A stretch of DNA of 50,000 nt from Chiloscyllium plagiosum (Eukaryota): contig NW_025214739.1 of assembly GCF_004010195.1 (NCBI RefSeq), positions 1 through 50,000 of the forward strand, in the 5' to 3' direction. Below the pieces are notes generated by a model, which worked only from the letters and a program-made list of their open reading frames with translations, made no database searches and was not told the DNA's origin. Below, piece by piece: positions 23,471-37,930 of the stretch; positions within the stretch are counted from its first letter, which is position 1, and each line of letters begins with the position of its first letter. The translations under genes and the position numbers were made by a program.

Positions 23471-26438
23471 AACAGTGTAATTTCTTCATGTTGAAAAACT
23501 AAAAACAGTAGTGAGATTTGGGGGGGTCTATGTAGACAGATCACTACAATGTTATGAACATGTACAGAAAATAATAACAGTCCAATAGAATACTGACTTT
23601 TAATCAGTACTAGAATAAAAGGGTGTAGAGGTAGGATGAATGTTTGTTCTCTCCCTCATACTTTGGGCTTTGAGGCTGGGGCATTTAATCAGGAGGGAGG
23701 CTGGTGGCTGAGGAACCTCATTCTTCACCCCATTTGTGTCTGTGACAGGAAGACTCATGGACAGTTTTCCTGTTCCACCACCAGCTAATGTCTCTGTGAG
23801 GACCTGATCCTACTGCTGCAGATATTAACTCAACAGCAGGCAGGAAGCTTGCCATGTGGAGAGCACAGCAAATAAACTAGTCAGAGTTCCTTTGATGTTT
23901 CTGGGGAAGGTCCCATGTTCAAAGTCAATGATCAAGGCACCTAGTCTTGGTGGCTGGAAGGAGTTTGCAGGGGATCACTGAGAGATACTCTCTCGCCCTT
24001 ATGCCAAACCATCTCCCATGTGACTCACCCATAACATTAATTATTGGCCTGGGATCCAATGTCAACATAATAAAGGAGCAGGTAGGGTAGATAGAGAGAA
24101 GCAATCTTCATTGTTTAGGGACACTGCAGCTAGGAACCTAATCTAGTAAATGGAGTCAGCTGTTTCAGGAGGAATATCGAGTAAAGTCAAAGTTTGGAAA
24201 TTTCTTCTGCAATTGACAATCAATGCTAGGCCAGTGGTCTATTTGAAATTGGAGATTTTATATTTGATAATGTTAAGGGGTACGGGGAACGATAGAGTTG
24301 GGTCACAGATTTGCTGGAATTTTCTTTAAATGGCAGAATATGCTTAAGGAGAAAAATGGCCAACTTTGCTGTTCTCAGATTATCTTATTTAGCAACAGAA
24401 TTGATAACAATTCTACTGCTCAAGCCCATAGTATTGAGGTTTACAATAACTTTCTCTGGAAGTAGTTACAATGTCACTGGTTGGATGGTTTACAGGTTCC
24501 ATTCCATATATATTTGTTCTGAGAGATTACATCTTTAGTAGGGTTCACAGTGACTAGCTTATATGTTTGCTTCAGCAGCTGGCTGTTTCTTTGTTTCTTT
24601 TTCTGTTCACTCTCGACACAACTGTTGATAATGATACAAGGAAATAATTGATTAGACAATTGTATAACAACCCCATACCTGCGTGGTTAATGGATCCATT
24701 ACTCATTTGATAGGGTCTAATGCTTCCATTAGATTGTGGAAAGGGAAACTTGTATGAATACACAAAATGTTCTGTTGCTAATGTTGCTAACATGATTTGA
24801 AGGCTTCCCTAACTTGTACTTACCTTTTGAAGATAGTCGATTACAATAACTGCTATCCCTCTCTCTGCACAAGCTTCATTTTGACTTCGCTTCTTCTGCA
24901 TAAACTTCTTTCTGTTTCTAAAAGGATCTTTTCTTTGATTTTGTCTCCTCTTCTAGCCTTAACAGTCATCTTCTTCCTCTCTCTCCTCTGGAAAACTGAG
25001 ATAAAACTACCCATCTCTTATCTGAGTTTCTAAGGACAATTTAGACATTCTGACCCATTCATCATTTCCTCATCGAGACTCAATTGCCTCTCCTTTAACT
25101 GACCTGAACCCATCTGGCAGAACACCAAACACTCTGGGTTTTGAAAAGTATTAATTCCAGGCTGCATAATATTTGACAATCATGTGGAAGAGCCCCTTTG
25201 ATCACTTTGATATTTTTCCATAGTTCGTAACATTGTGTTGCAAGAATAAGTATAGCGATTGCATTTGCTTTCGTGCTGTATTGCCCAAATGGGAACAATG
25301 AATTAGCATCTTTATTGTCAGTGTACGTGTATTGTGTGCTGTTGAAATTAAATAGTTACCTGGTACTTGAGGTTCAGAAACTATCAATATTGTCAAAAAC
25401 AGCGAGAATTTTTTTTATCAGTTTAAGGCCTATAAAGTTTAGTCATTTGATTATCATCAGTCTCAGCATCCTTTAAAATCACACAGTCAAACTTTTAAGG
25501 AAACCACAAATATGAAACAAAATACATTGTAAACCTTTATTTGTTACTCTTTTTTGTTCTCCTCTAGACTTGAGATTATTCTAATGGTTTCTGCGCTGGC
25601 TTCTTGCCCCTTACTTTCCATAAATTCCATCCTTCTGCCATACTTATTCTGTGCTTTGTTTCTGACATTATTGACTGCCAGTCCCCAATAAATTGTATTT
25701 AAAATCTTTATGCTCAGCTAAAGCTTTTTGCCATGCTATCTATTTAAAATCCTCCAGCTGTCTATCCACTCCTGACTGCTTGCTTTTTTGGAGTCCATCC
25801 ATCTACATTTCTGTCACTAAGATCTTTCAGTGGTCTCAGTCCCACACTTTGGAACACTGTCCCCACAGCTCTCTGATTTGTGCTCCTCCTCCACCTTTTA
25901 AAACGTTTCTCAAGGCTCACCTCTGACTAAGCTTTCAGCTAGCCTCATCTACTGATGGATTTGCCTCTTATATTTTTTACATTAAGGTACCACTGGGTAG
26001 AACAATCTTGTATAAAAAGAAACAAAGAAAACCTATTTTTTTACTGCGCCTTTTGCACCCTCGTGATTACCCAGAATCCTTTGCAGCTCACAAAACACTT
26101 TTTAACTTCAGTCACTTTGGTGATGAGAAAATGAAGCAGCAAATGTGTGTACAGCAAAATCCCGCAAAGAGCAATGTGATCGTGATGAGATCAGATGCTT
26201 AACGAGCTGGTTGCAAGGCCATAGTAACATGTTAGATTATAACACAATGGATACAATCTTATAGGGCTCTTAGTGATGATGGTTATGATAAGACTATGGC
26301 AGATTAGGATGGGATTACCGTCAAAGTCTACCTCAATGTGTGATGTACCTCAATCCATTTTTTAAATGATTCGACTGAGTGACAAAACGAGTTTCTCACT
26401 ATGCAGCACAATGTTGTCGGCATAAAAGGTATTTTGGT

Positions 26439-27080
26439 AGAGTCATAGAGTCATAGAGATGTACAGCATGGAAACAGACCCTTCGGTCCAACCCGTCCAT
26501 GCCGACCAGATATCCCAACCCAATCTAGTCCCACCTGTCAGCACCCAGACCATATCCCTCCAAACCCTTCCTATTCATATACCCATCCAAATGTCTCTTA
26601 AATGTTGCAATTGTACCAGCCTCCACCACATCCTCTGGCAGCTCATTCCATACCCGTACCACCCTCTGCGTGAAAAAGTTGCCCCTTAGGTCTCTTTTAT
26701 ATATTTCCCCTCTCACCCTAAATGTTTGCCCTCTAGTTCTGGATTCCCTGACCCCAGGGAAAAGACTTTGCCTATTTATCCTATCCATACCCCTCATAAT
26801 TTTGTAAACCTCTATAAGGTCACCCCTCAGCCTCTGACGCTCCAGGAAAAACAGCCCCAGCCTGTTCAGCCTCTCCCTGTAGCTCAGATCCTCCAACCCT
26901 GGCAACGTCCTTGTAAATCTTTTCTGAACCCTTTCAAGTTTCACAACATCTTTCCGATAGGAAGGAGACCAGAATTGCAGGCAATATTCCAACAGTGGCC
27001 TAACCAATGTCCTGTACAGCCGCAACATGACCTCCCAACTCCTGTACTCAATACTCTGACCAATAAAGGAAAGCATACCA
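26439..27080 (-). mobile_element. Young CR1 LINE 3' fragment (ORF2 C-terminus still open)
   Basis: ORF 26525-27109: LYRTLVRPLLEYCLQFWSP...LERVQKRFTR...RLRGDLIEVYKIMRG...FFTQRVVRVWNELP; (ATGACTCT)n tail. Confidence 0.93.
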
Positions 27081-27477
27081 AATAAAAAACATCTTGCTAT
27101 GTAATACATTTACAAACCTGAATATTGCGAAATGTAACACTTAAAGACATCAGCACTGATAAAGCTCTTGCTTTTATGACTGGCTCATATTCCCTGTAAC
27201 CAAAAGGCAGCTGAACAGGATTGACTTAAACAGATCAGCTTTCTTCTCCCTCATTATTTCTGTCCTGGTAAATTCAGGGTCTGGGAATGAAATCTGATTC
27301 TTCTAACCTTATAACGCTCGGTAATATATTGGGTGCATTTACCTACTACAACATCACAGGAACTAGGTGATTTAAAAATAATTTCAACATCCAGTTGCAC
27401 TGCCACGTTCAGTCTCTGTTGCTCTGACAATATAAATTCCTCAGAAACATTTGAGATGACAAGCAGTTTTTACTTTC

Positions 27478-27825
27478 ACAGAATCATAGAATCCCTATAG
27501 TGTGGAAGCAGGCCATTCGGCCCACCTAGTTCACGTCAACCCTCCGAACAGCATCCCACTCAGACCCGCTCCAGCCCTCTAACCCTGTATTTCCCATGGC
27601 TAATCCACCAAGTCTGCACATCCCTGGACACTATGGTCAATTTAGTATGGTCAGTCTATCTAACCTGCACATCATTGGATTGTGGGAGGAAACTGGAGCA
27701 CCCAGAGGAAACTTGCACAGACACAGGGAGAATGTGCAAACTCTACACAGATAGTCTTCCAAGGCTGGCGTCAAACGTCTGTCCCTGGCTCTGTGAGGCA
27801 GCAGCGCTAACCACTGAGCCACCAT
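27478..27825 (-). mobile_element. HE1-like V-SINE
   Basis: Reverse complement of head/V-domain/tail. Confidence 0.85.
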
Positions 27826-28316
27826 GTTTTCTGCTGTGGTTGATCCTCCATTTTTTTAGTGGTTGATCAGATTTCAGGATGTAATCAGTTTAGCCCTGGG
27901 GCAATAGAGGTTTTTTTTAAACACATGGGATCTGGGCATTACTAGCTCAGCTAGCATTTATTGCCCGTCCCTAATTGCCCTTGAGAAAGTGCCACTTTAA
28001 TGCCACAGCCAGAGTGATCTAGGTACACGATGTTATTAGTGAGGGACCTCCTCCATTTTGACCCACTGATGATGAAAGAACAATGATATATTTTCAAGAT
28101 AAGATGTTATGAAAGGAACTTGGAGCTGGTGTTGTTCCCATGTCTCTGCTGCTTCTGTGTGATAGAGGTCACAGGTTTAAGCAGGTTCTGCTGAAAGGAT
28201 CTTGGTGAATTACTGCAGTGTAGGTTGGAGATGTCATACATTGCTGCCATGGTGCACCAGTAATAGAGGGAGTGATTACTTAAGGTGATGGATAGGGTGA
28301 CAATCAAAGGGGTCAT

Positions 28317-28725
28317 CGAATCATAGAATCCCTACAAGTGTGGAAACAGGCTAGTTGGCTCAACAGGTCCACATCAACCCTCCCACCCATACCCATTGTC
28401 CTACGCTGTGACTCTACATTTCCCCTAACTAATGCACCTAGCCTACACTTCCCTGAACACTATGGGCAATTTAGTATTGAGAGTGTATTGCTGGAAAAGC
28501 ACAGCAGGTCAGGCAGCATCCGAGGAGCAGGCCTTCATCAGGCAATTTAGAATGGCCAATTGACCTAACCTGCACATATTTGGACTGTGGGAGGAAACTG
28601 GAGCACCTGGAGGAAACCCACGCAGACACAGGGAGAATGTGCAAACTCCAGTCACCCAAGGCTGGAATTGAACCTGGGACCCTGGTCTATTAAGCAGCAG
28701 TGCCAACCAATGAGCCACCGTGCTA
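28317..28725 (-). mobile_element. HE1-like V-SINE with a 66-bp PLE-derived insert (28475-28540)
   Basis: GGCAATTTAG duplicated at 28465-28474 and 28541-28550 around the insert. Confidence 0.82.
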
Positions 28726-29740
28726 CCCGTTGCTTTATCATGTGTAGTACTGAGCTGCTTGAGTATTGTTGGTGCCATACCCATCTGGACTAGTGTTGTG
28801 TATTCCATCACATTCCTGTCCCTCCCCTAGTAGATGGTGGACAGAGTTTGGAAAGTCAGGAGATGAGTTACTGACTGCAGAATACCCAGCCTCTGAACCT
28901 TCTTTATCTGCTTGTAGCCTCAGTCTATTTAAGGCTGATCCAGTTAAGGCTTTGGCAAATGATTGTCCCCAGGACGTTGATGACAAAGGATTAAAGAGAT
29001 CGATATTGAATGTCTCCCATTATACACATCTTCCCCCATTTATTTTCAGAAATGAAGATCAGGACAGAGCTATGTGGATAGATGGTGCGATATAAGATTT
29101 GCGTAATTTAACACAAGAAATTAACATGAATTTCACTGAATGTGCAGAAATTTGTAAAGCAATAAATAGACAGAATTCTGCTGCAAGGACTTTGCTAATC
29201 CAGTGTTCTCAGAGCTAAAGATCTTTATTCAGGACAGACAGATTTGGGTCAAGCAGTAATGACAGTGATCATTTTATATTCAACAAATGCACAGCATAAT
29301 TGGAAGATTAGAGCTACAAGAAGAATGCATTAGAACCAGTTCCTAGCAAAATCCAAAATATATTTTTCTTCCACTATTTTATTTAAGGAATGACTTTTGG
29401 ATAAAGGTTGTTCTGAAGTTTGCCTGTGCAAGTGCAAAGCAGAGGAGTTGTTTGAGGTTTTAAAATCTACAATAAATTTACAAGAATCAGATTGTTTTCA
29501 GTCTATCTTTAAACTTGCTGACACTAATTTATTTTTTAAAATCTATATTTCACCTGTTGTTATGGAAACTAGTAAAGGCCAGTGTCTATATATTTAAGAT
29601 CTCAGCTTTACAGGTGAGAATAAACAGAGTCAGCTGAAACGTATCCCAACCAGTATTGATGCTGTCTGATTGCTTTGCAAGCTAAACATGTAATAATCAA
29701 CATTTTGATCGATACTGGACTCATCAGAGGCAAAAACATG

Positions 29741-31200
29741 GATGTAGGTTTGCTCGCTGACCTGGAAGGGTTGTTTTCAGACATTCCATCACCATACTAG
29801 GTAACATCGTCAGTGAGCCTCTGGATGAAGCCTGCTTTCTATTTATGTGTTTGGGTTTCCTTGGGTTGTAATGTAATTTCCTGTGGTGACATCATTTCCT
29901 CTAGTGACATCATTTTCTGTTCTTTTTCTCAGGGGGTGGTAAATGGGATCCAAGTCAATGTGTTTGTTGATAGAGTTCAGGTTGGAATGCCATGCTTCTA
30001 GGAATTCTCGAACATGTCTCTGTTTGGTTTGTCCTAGGATGGATGTGTTGTCCCAGTCAGAGTGGTGTCCTTCCTCATCTGTATGTAAGGATACTAGTGA
30101 GATTGGGTTATGTCTTTTTGTGGCTAGTTGATGTTCATGTATCCTGGTCTCTAGTTTTCTGCCTGTTTGTCCAGTATAGTCCTTCTTTTTGAATATACTG
30201 TATAGGTGATTTTCCTCTGCTCTGCGTAGTTCCTCTGTGCTGCAGTGTGTGTTGGCTCATTGGAATAATGTTCTAATGCAGCTTCGTTTGTGGGTGTTGG
30301 GGTGATTGCTTCTGTAGTTCAGTATTTGGTCTATTTGTGTTGTTTTCCCGTAGACACTGGTTTGAAGTTCCCCATTGACTGTTCACTCTACTGTGACAGC
30401 TAGGAATGGCAGTTTGTTGTTGTTTTCTTCCTCTTTAGTGAATTTTATGCCAGTGAGGGTACTATTGATGGTCTTGAAGGTTTCTTTTAATTTGTTTCTA
30501 ACACAGTCTACCGATTTCTCAGCAACAAACCCAAACAAGCAGACAAAACACGTCCAGAAACTCTAGCCACTCTCCCTCAAAGACATCTTGGAAATGATTG
30601 CCAGACTACTCAGACCTCTTGGCATCATGGTAGCCCACAAACTCACCAACACACTAAAATTGCAGCTAATGAACATGAAAGACCATATACAGCATCAAGC
30701 AAAACTAATGTCATTTACAAAATACTGTGCAAGAACTGTAACAAATATTACATTGGACAAACAGGCAGAAAACTAGCCACCAGGATACATGAACATTAAC
30801 TAGCCACAAAAAGACATGACCCACTCTCACTAGTATCCTTACATACAGATAAGGAAGGACACTACTTCGACTGGGACAACACATCCATCCTAGGACAAGC
30901 CAAACAGAGACATGCATGAAAATTCCTAGAAGCATGGCATTCCAACCGGAACTGTATCAACAAACACATGGATTCCATTTACCATCCCCTGAGAAAAAGA
31001 AAGGAAATGACATCACCAACCTAAGGAAACCTAAACACATAAATAGAAAGCGGGCCATACCACCAATGCTTCATCCGGAGGCTCACTGAAGATATTACCT
31101 AGTATGGTGACAAAATGTCTGAAAATGAACCTTGCAGCTCAGCGAGCAAACTTACATCCAGAACCTCAACCTGAGCTACAAATCTTCTCAAAACTCGTTA
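29741..31200. mobile_element. Penelope-like element (second family) with inverted 5' half
   Basis: Right half (+) encodes degenerate NVIYKILCKNCNKYYIGQTGRKLATRIHEH...HYFDWDNTSIL...FLEAWHS (GIY-YIG). Left half is an inverted copy plus upstream ORF sequence. 13-bp TSD AGGCAAAAACATG at 29728-29740 and 31201-31213. Confidence 0.88.
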
Positions 31201-33654
31201 AGGCAAAAACATGTTTGATCTGAAAGCATTGTGTGTATCTTTACGTGCATATAAAAACGTGTCATTTGATTGTTAGTATTATCATCTCTGATTGAGATAA
31301 TTGTGTGTTTTAAACTGTACTCAAACATTAGACTGATTTTTCAGTGCGGTACTGCAGGAGAACTGCAGTGATAAATGTGCAGTTTTCTCTGTGAGATGTC
31401 AGATCAAGTCAATTTCTGCCTTTTCAGGGAAGCATAAAAGGTTCCTTACTTCTATTCAGAGAAAGAGAGAGAGAGTTTTTTGTGTTGTGCTGGCTGGCAT
31501 TCTTTCCTTAATAAAAAAATGAAACTTAATTCAACATTCATTCATTTTTTGCTTATGAGACTTTGCTGCCTCTGTTCAGACTGTTCTATTTGCTTATATA
31601 ATCATGTGACTACACTTCAAACATTAACTGAGGGACAGCACATTTTGGGGAATGATAAGCACAAGTCGTTATTTCCATTCTTAACTTTGGCTGTTGCAGG
31701 GACACACAGTCCAACCACCTCTCTACAAAAGCTAAATCCTGTGGATACTGGGAATCTGATATTGAAACAGAAAATGCTGGATATACTCTGTGATTCAGAC
31801 AGGATCGGCGGAGAGAGTTAGCGTTTTAAAGATGAGTTTATTCAGTTTCTCTGTACACAGTTGCTACCTGACGCATTGAATATTTCCAGTTACAGTCTGA
31901 CTATTCATCTCCATGTATTAAACAGACTAGTGACCAAATTTTGAGACTCAGCTTTATGTAAGGCTTAGCTAATCACGACTTTCATCAGTTCATCCAAAGT
32001 GAAATTTATGTTGGTAATGTTAGAGTTACTAATGTTGAAGAGAGAATCAGGCTTGTCTGCGATAGCTGCCTTAGTGGAGCAGCCACTGACACTCATCCCC
32101 AAAGTTCATAGATGAGAAATTGTGACTTGAGTCAAACACCAGGGCCTTGTTGGTGTTGGGACTTTGTAGGCTGTCGAGAAACACATTTCAGATGAGAAGG
32201 TGGAAAACTTGCAATTTCGTGGTGACTTTAAAATTTGACTTGCTTCCATCATTGTCCCCAGGCTAACTCACCATTTGTGTGAAAGGAAAATTTGATGCAA
32301 TAAATAATTCAAACACCATCTCACATGACACTGTATCAATAACTGAGCATTTTGGTCTAACTGAGGAAAGGGTGTGTATAAGATGTTTTGATATTTTTCA
32401 GAAAAGTGCTCTTGAAATGTGGGAAACATCCCGAGAGTCTCCTATTGCTTGTGACAAATGCCTTTATTTGAAAGTCCCCATAAGGAAACATTTCCTATCT
32501 GGAGCATCAAGTATGCAGCTCTGAATGTAGCCACGTGGTCTGACTGCTCTCCTGAGGTGGAATGTCTGATAAACTACAAGCTAAGAATAGTCTCACTGTG
32601 CCCGATGATAAAGGACAGAGAAAGCTGCAGCTGAATCAGTGAGAGTGGGGCAGAGCAGACAGGAAATGCTTGCACTGTACGATACACATCTTGGGCTTGA
32701 GCTGTAGGTCCTACTTTCTGTCTTGGGACTGACTCTTTAAGAAATGGGTTTAGCTTTGCAGGCCTAGTCCAGGAGTGGGCTCTAATCAGCTGGGAACTGC
32801 TGCTGTGGTTCTCGAGGTATATCGTCTGGAGAATTGTTTGTTCATTGTGCAGTTCAGCCATGCATGAAGAGGTACTGAGGTGATCCCATCATTAGAGGGT
32901 GTCGATTTTAACCCTTCACTTCCTGATGCATCAACAATTGTAATTTGAAGGCAGTCCCTGTCAGTCGGGTCCACACCAATGAATGTCTGTGCTCAAGCAA
33001 CATATACTTTGCACTTTGTTTTATGGTGAGACAGTGACAAGACTCAAAGCAGAGCTGAAATATCAAAAAACATTGTTGTGATGCAGCTGAACACTCTAGG
33101 AGGTGTTTATATCCCCCCACAACCTACTCAGACAAGCCTTCAGGTGGTTCACAGCCAGAGAGTCAGAGCAATCACAATTTTGAATTGTCATTTGCAAGTC
33201 ATCTCTCTTCACTGAGTGCTGCCATTGACAGCTTTACCTTCAGCTGCCTCCACACTAGGCTGTGCAGTGCTGTCTATCAGCAGTGACTCATTTGGTCACG
33301 CTGTCCTGAGTCAGAAGATTGTGAATTCAAACGTATCCTAAGTGTTGGAGATTTGAAATAAAAACAGAAGGTGCTGCAGAAACGCAGCAGATCCAATGGC
33401 ACCTGTGGAGAGCAAAACAGAGGGTGGAATCTCTCAGGGATCTGATGACATGAACTATGACGAGATTTGTGGCAGATTCTGATGTGAAGTCCAGTGATCT
33501 CAGCATCTGGAACGTCTGACTTCATCTTTTATACCTCTGACAAACAGCGAGTTTCTCACGTGGCAGCAGTGATTCGACAATCAAGAGGGACTATTGCTTG
33601 TTAAATGCCTTGGTAATGGCCCAATTTGCCTCAATGATATTGATATCATTAACA

Positions 33655-34252
33655 TTTATTGGTCAGTGTCTTGAGCATAGGAGTCGGGATGTCGTGTTGC
33701 AGCTATACATCGGTGAGGCCACTTTTGAAATACTGTGTGCATTTCTGGTCTCCTTGGTATAGGAAGGACGGTGTGAAACTTGAAAGTTTTCAGAAAAGAT
33801 TTACAAGGATGTTGCCAGGGTTGGAGGGTTTAAGCTATAGGGAGAGGCTGAATAGGCTGGAGCATCGGAGGCTAAAGGGTGACCTCATCGAGGTTTATAA
33901 AATCATGAGGGGTCTGGATAGGATAAATAGACAAGGTCTTTTTCCCAAGGTGGGGAAGTCCAAAACTAGAGTGTATAGTTTTAAAGTGAGAGAGGAAATA
34001 AAAGAACCTAAGGCAACTTTTTCACATAGAGGGTGGTGTGCTTATGGAATGAGATGTTAGAGGAAGTGGTGGAGGCTGGTACAATTACAACATTTAAAAG
34101 ACATCTGGATGGGTATATGAATAGGAAGGGTTTGGAGGATATAGGCCAAGTGCTGACAAATGGGACTAGATTTATGTAGGATATCTGAGCGGCATGGACA
34201 AGTTGGACCAAAGGATCTGTTTCTGTACTGTTCAACTTTATGACTCTATGAA
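33655..34252 (+). mobile_element. CR1 LINE 3' fragment
   Basis: VRPLLKYCVHFWSPW...RRLKGDLIEVYKIMRGLDR; tail atgactctatga. Confidence 0.9.
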
Positions 34253-35477
34253 TCTCTAATAATACCTTATCAAATGTGCCAAATAATCTAGATGATGAGA
34301 AATTTTGACATGGAAATTGCAGCTTGTTACGAAGGACTTTTATGGTGGGCACAGGGCACCAATCTCTCAGGGCATCCGCCATGGGCACTACTACATGCAC
34401 CCCAAATCCATGGGCCTTGATATCTGATGTGTGTTAGCCTCTAAGAACCCACAACTTCCATTTACAGGAAGTTTCTGCATTTTACTGCTGCACCTCAGGC
34501 TGCCCCGGTAACTCTCATTGTAATGCTGCAGTAAGGAGACTGTGTGCTCAGGGACACACCCCCAGATCATGGACTGGACCAGTCTGCCTCTCCAGACTCT
34601 TCAGTCGCTGTCATGGAGGTCACTCACTGTGAGCCTACCTGATGCTCACAGCATCCCTGTATTGCCTTGTTTTGCTTATTGCACTTGGCCCTCTCAGCCA
34701 AAGTTACCAGGCTTCTATCACTTCAGTCTTATCTTGCCTTAGCTGTGACAGAAAGGAGCCTTGTTATAATTGTCAGCAGGCTTCAGTCAGGTCAATAGAG
34801 TAGCCTTCTATCAGGGGATCATGGGACAGTAAGTCAAGAGCAGCTTAAGCTTGGAAACAGTCAGTTATTCCACTCAGGGCAGTCATAGTCAGGATGATGT
34901 CCACATTAGGGGCGAATGTCAGGCTGACTTTAGTCTTTCTGCTCTGTTGGAGGCTGCTTTTTTGCCTGGTATAAGAGAGAGAGATTAAAGGAGATGAAAG
35001 TGCGTAATATTCACCCTTCAATCAACCTCACAAAAAGCAGATTATCTGATCATTATCACATTACTATTTGAGAGTTTGCTGACTAAACTTCAAATAGCAT
35101 TTCATTGGCTGAAAAGTGCTTTGAAACCCATTTGTGGTTGTGACAAGAGCAAACTAAATGCAATTATTTTGTTTCTTTTTGATAGATAAGTACATGGTGA
35201 CACCAAACATCAACAAAAGAGACGTTTTATTAGATCGTTTGTTTGAAAGAAGAGTACAAGAAAACACAAACCATTTTTGTGTATTATGAGCCATTTTGTA
35301 TGTTCTTGATCAGAAAGTAGCTAGCTTTCATGTTCAGCATTCTGAGATTTCTTCCAGCTTTTCCAGAGTGATACAGAAATTTAAGAATTATTAGATGCTG
35401 GAAAAGGCGACTTAGATAAGTAAGCTGGCCTATTTAACTTGCCTCAGCCCCACCTTCTCACTACACCTGTTCCAGAA

Positions 35478-35712
35478 AAAACAATAAAGAACTGAATGCT
35501 GGGGATCTGAAACAAGCAGAAGCAGAAATTGCTGATGAAGCTCAGCAGGTCTGGCAGAATCTATGGAGAGAAAGGAGAGTTAATGTTTCAAGTGCAGTGA
35601 CTCTCTCTCAGAAGTCTGAAGAAAGGTAATTGAACTCGAAACATTAACTCTGTTTTCTCTCCAAAGATGCTGCCAGACTTGCTGTGTTTCTCCAGCAATT
35701 TTTGTTTTTGTT
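35478..35712. mobile_element. Older palindromic Penelope-derived insertion (fourth family; related pieces near 655-810, 31735-31890)
   Basis: Inverted arms (agaaattgctg...agctcagcaggtctggcag...ggagagaaa / tttctctcca...gctgccagacttgctg...tccagcaatt) around a degenerate CTGAAGA...CGAAAC motif. Confidence 0.65.
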
Positions 35713-36589
35713 TGTTAAATATGTATATGTAAGCAGATTAATGATAGTAGAAATCTAACATAAGCAAGTGTAAAGATCACCCAGTTTAAGTGAAAATGGA
35801 TGACAGTTGTAATTAATATTGAAATGGGAGAAAATGATTTGGGAATCTTATTTATTTGGTTTCCAATGTACACAGCCATTGCAGAGCAGCAAACAATAAC
35901 AAAATAAATATAAACCTATACGATGAAAACAGTAAAATACAGATCAGCAACTATCAAAATCAAATCTGACTTTGTTCCAGTCTGAACACGTTTGCATAGT
36001 TTCCATTTCTGGTTTCTGAGATACAGGGGAGATAGTCAAACAGTGCCGATAGCAAGAACAGGCTGCTCCTTGTGAATAATTATTAAAATCCTGCATCGTG
36101 GAGAAAAAATTTAAGAAAAAAGGAGATGGTGTGGATGGATGATTGCAGGGAAGTAATACATGGAAAACCCCAGAGACTTGCTTAAGGCCAATCAGTGAGA
36201 ATAGAACAAGGGGAGCAGGTAAAACTGATATAACACAAATGATATCAGCAAATTTTCTTCACACGAGCTGTGATTAATACATTTGAATAAAGCTCCAGAT
36301 AGAATAGATTCAAAATTTTGGAATTATTTAACAAGTGATGGTGTGCCACGATATGGACAATGAAAAACTTTCCAAAAGAAGTTGGGTTATTAGCATCCCT
36401 TATTCACAATGATTTTGTGATATGCAGCTTGAGAGAATTGACTGTTGTCATTTGACTTCTGGACTTGCATGCAATGGGTTCCTTTTGAGAAATGTGCTGT
36501 GTCCTGTGAAATAAACTGAGAGATACCAATGAGGGATGATTATAGGGTTAGTAAAGGAAAGATCTGTCAGACAATGAAAGTAATTTTTA

Positions 36590-37930
36590 TACATTCATGG
36601 ATGAGACTAACATGTATTGCTCACCGCTAATTGATTTTGAGAAGATGGTGATGAGCTGACTTCTTGCACTGCCACAGTCCTTGGGGTGTAGGGACACCCT
36701 GGAGCGGTTAGGAAGAGATTTCCAAAATGTGATCACACGACAGTGAAGGAATGGCACTATAGCTCCAAATCAGGACGGTGTGTGGCTTGGAGGGGAACTT
36801 GCAGGTGATGGTGTTCCAATGTATTTGTTGCCTTTGACTTTCTAGGTGGCAGTGTTTGTAACGTTGAAGGATACTGGGTGAGTTGTTGTTTGCTTCTTGT
36901 GGTTGATACAAACTGCTGCAACTGACTGTTGATGCTGACGGGACTGAATGTTGAAAGTGGTGGATTTGTCTTTAATCAAGTGAGGTGCTTTTTTCTGGAT
37001 GGTGTTGAGCTTCCGAGTTGTTGTTTGAGCTGCAACCATTCATACAAGTGGAAAATATTTCATCATTCTCCTCAATTCTCTGTTTATGTGGCAGATACAC
37101 TGGGCAGAACAGGAGAGGAGTCACTTGTCCTAGAATTCCAAAATCTGACCTAGCTTTGTAGCCACTATATTTATATGGCTAATCCAATTTAGTTTTTCAT
37201 CAATGATAACTCTCGAAATATTGATGGGTTACAGCAATATGCTACAATTAAATGCTGAGGGACAGTGGTTGGATTCTTTCTCATTGGATATGGTCATTGC
37301 CTGGTATGTATGTGGCATGAATGTTACTCGACACATATCAGCCAAAGTGTGGAAGTTGTATAGATCTTGTTGCAAATACACATGGGCTGCTTCAGAATTG
37401 AGGAGTTATGAATGGTGCTGACCTCCCAAAATGCACCACCTCATACTTGTCTGGATTAAACTCCATCTGCCATTTCTTTGCCCAAATTTCCAACTGATCT
37501 ATATCTCCTTTGACAACCTTCCTCACTACTCACATTTACACCAATTTTTGTGTTGTCTACAAACTCACCATTAAGACCACCTACATTTTCATCCAAATCA
37601 TTGATAAATGCGATAAGCAAGAGGTCCCAGCACTGATCCTTGCGAAACACCACTGGTGACAGAACTCCAGTCTGAAAAACAGCCCTGCACAACTATAAAC
37701 CTATCATAAGTAACCTTGTCAAATGCTTTAGGAAAGTGCATGTAGACAACATCCACTTCCTTATCCTCATCAATCATTTTTGTCACTTCCTCAAAAAACT
37801 CAATCAGATTTGTGAGACAAGACCTCCCCTGCACAAAGCCATGCTGACTGTTCCTAATAAGTCAATTTTTCTCCAAATGCAAGTAAATTCTGTCCTTAAG
37901 AATCTTCTCCAATAATTTCCTGACCACTGA
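36590..37930 (-). mobile_element. Adjacent CR1-like LINE fragments of two families
   Basis: QGRSCLTNLIEFFEEVT...VDVVYMHFPKAFDKV...VTSGVSQGSVLGP (RT), plus an older 3' fragment to the left. Confidence 0.8.

Noticed and set aside
26525..27109. 194-aa ORF as a host gene
   Set aside because: It is the C-terminal fragment of CR1 ORF2.
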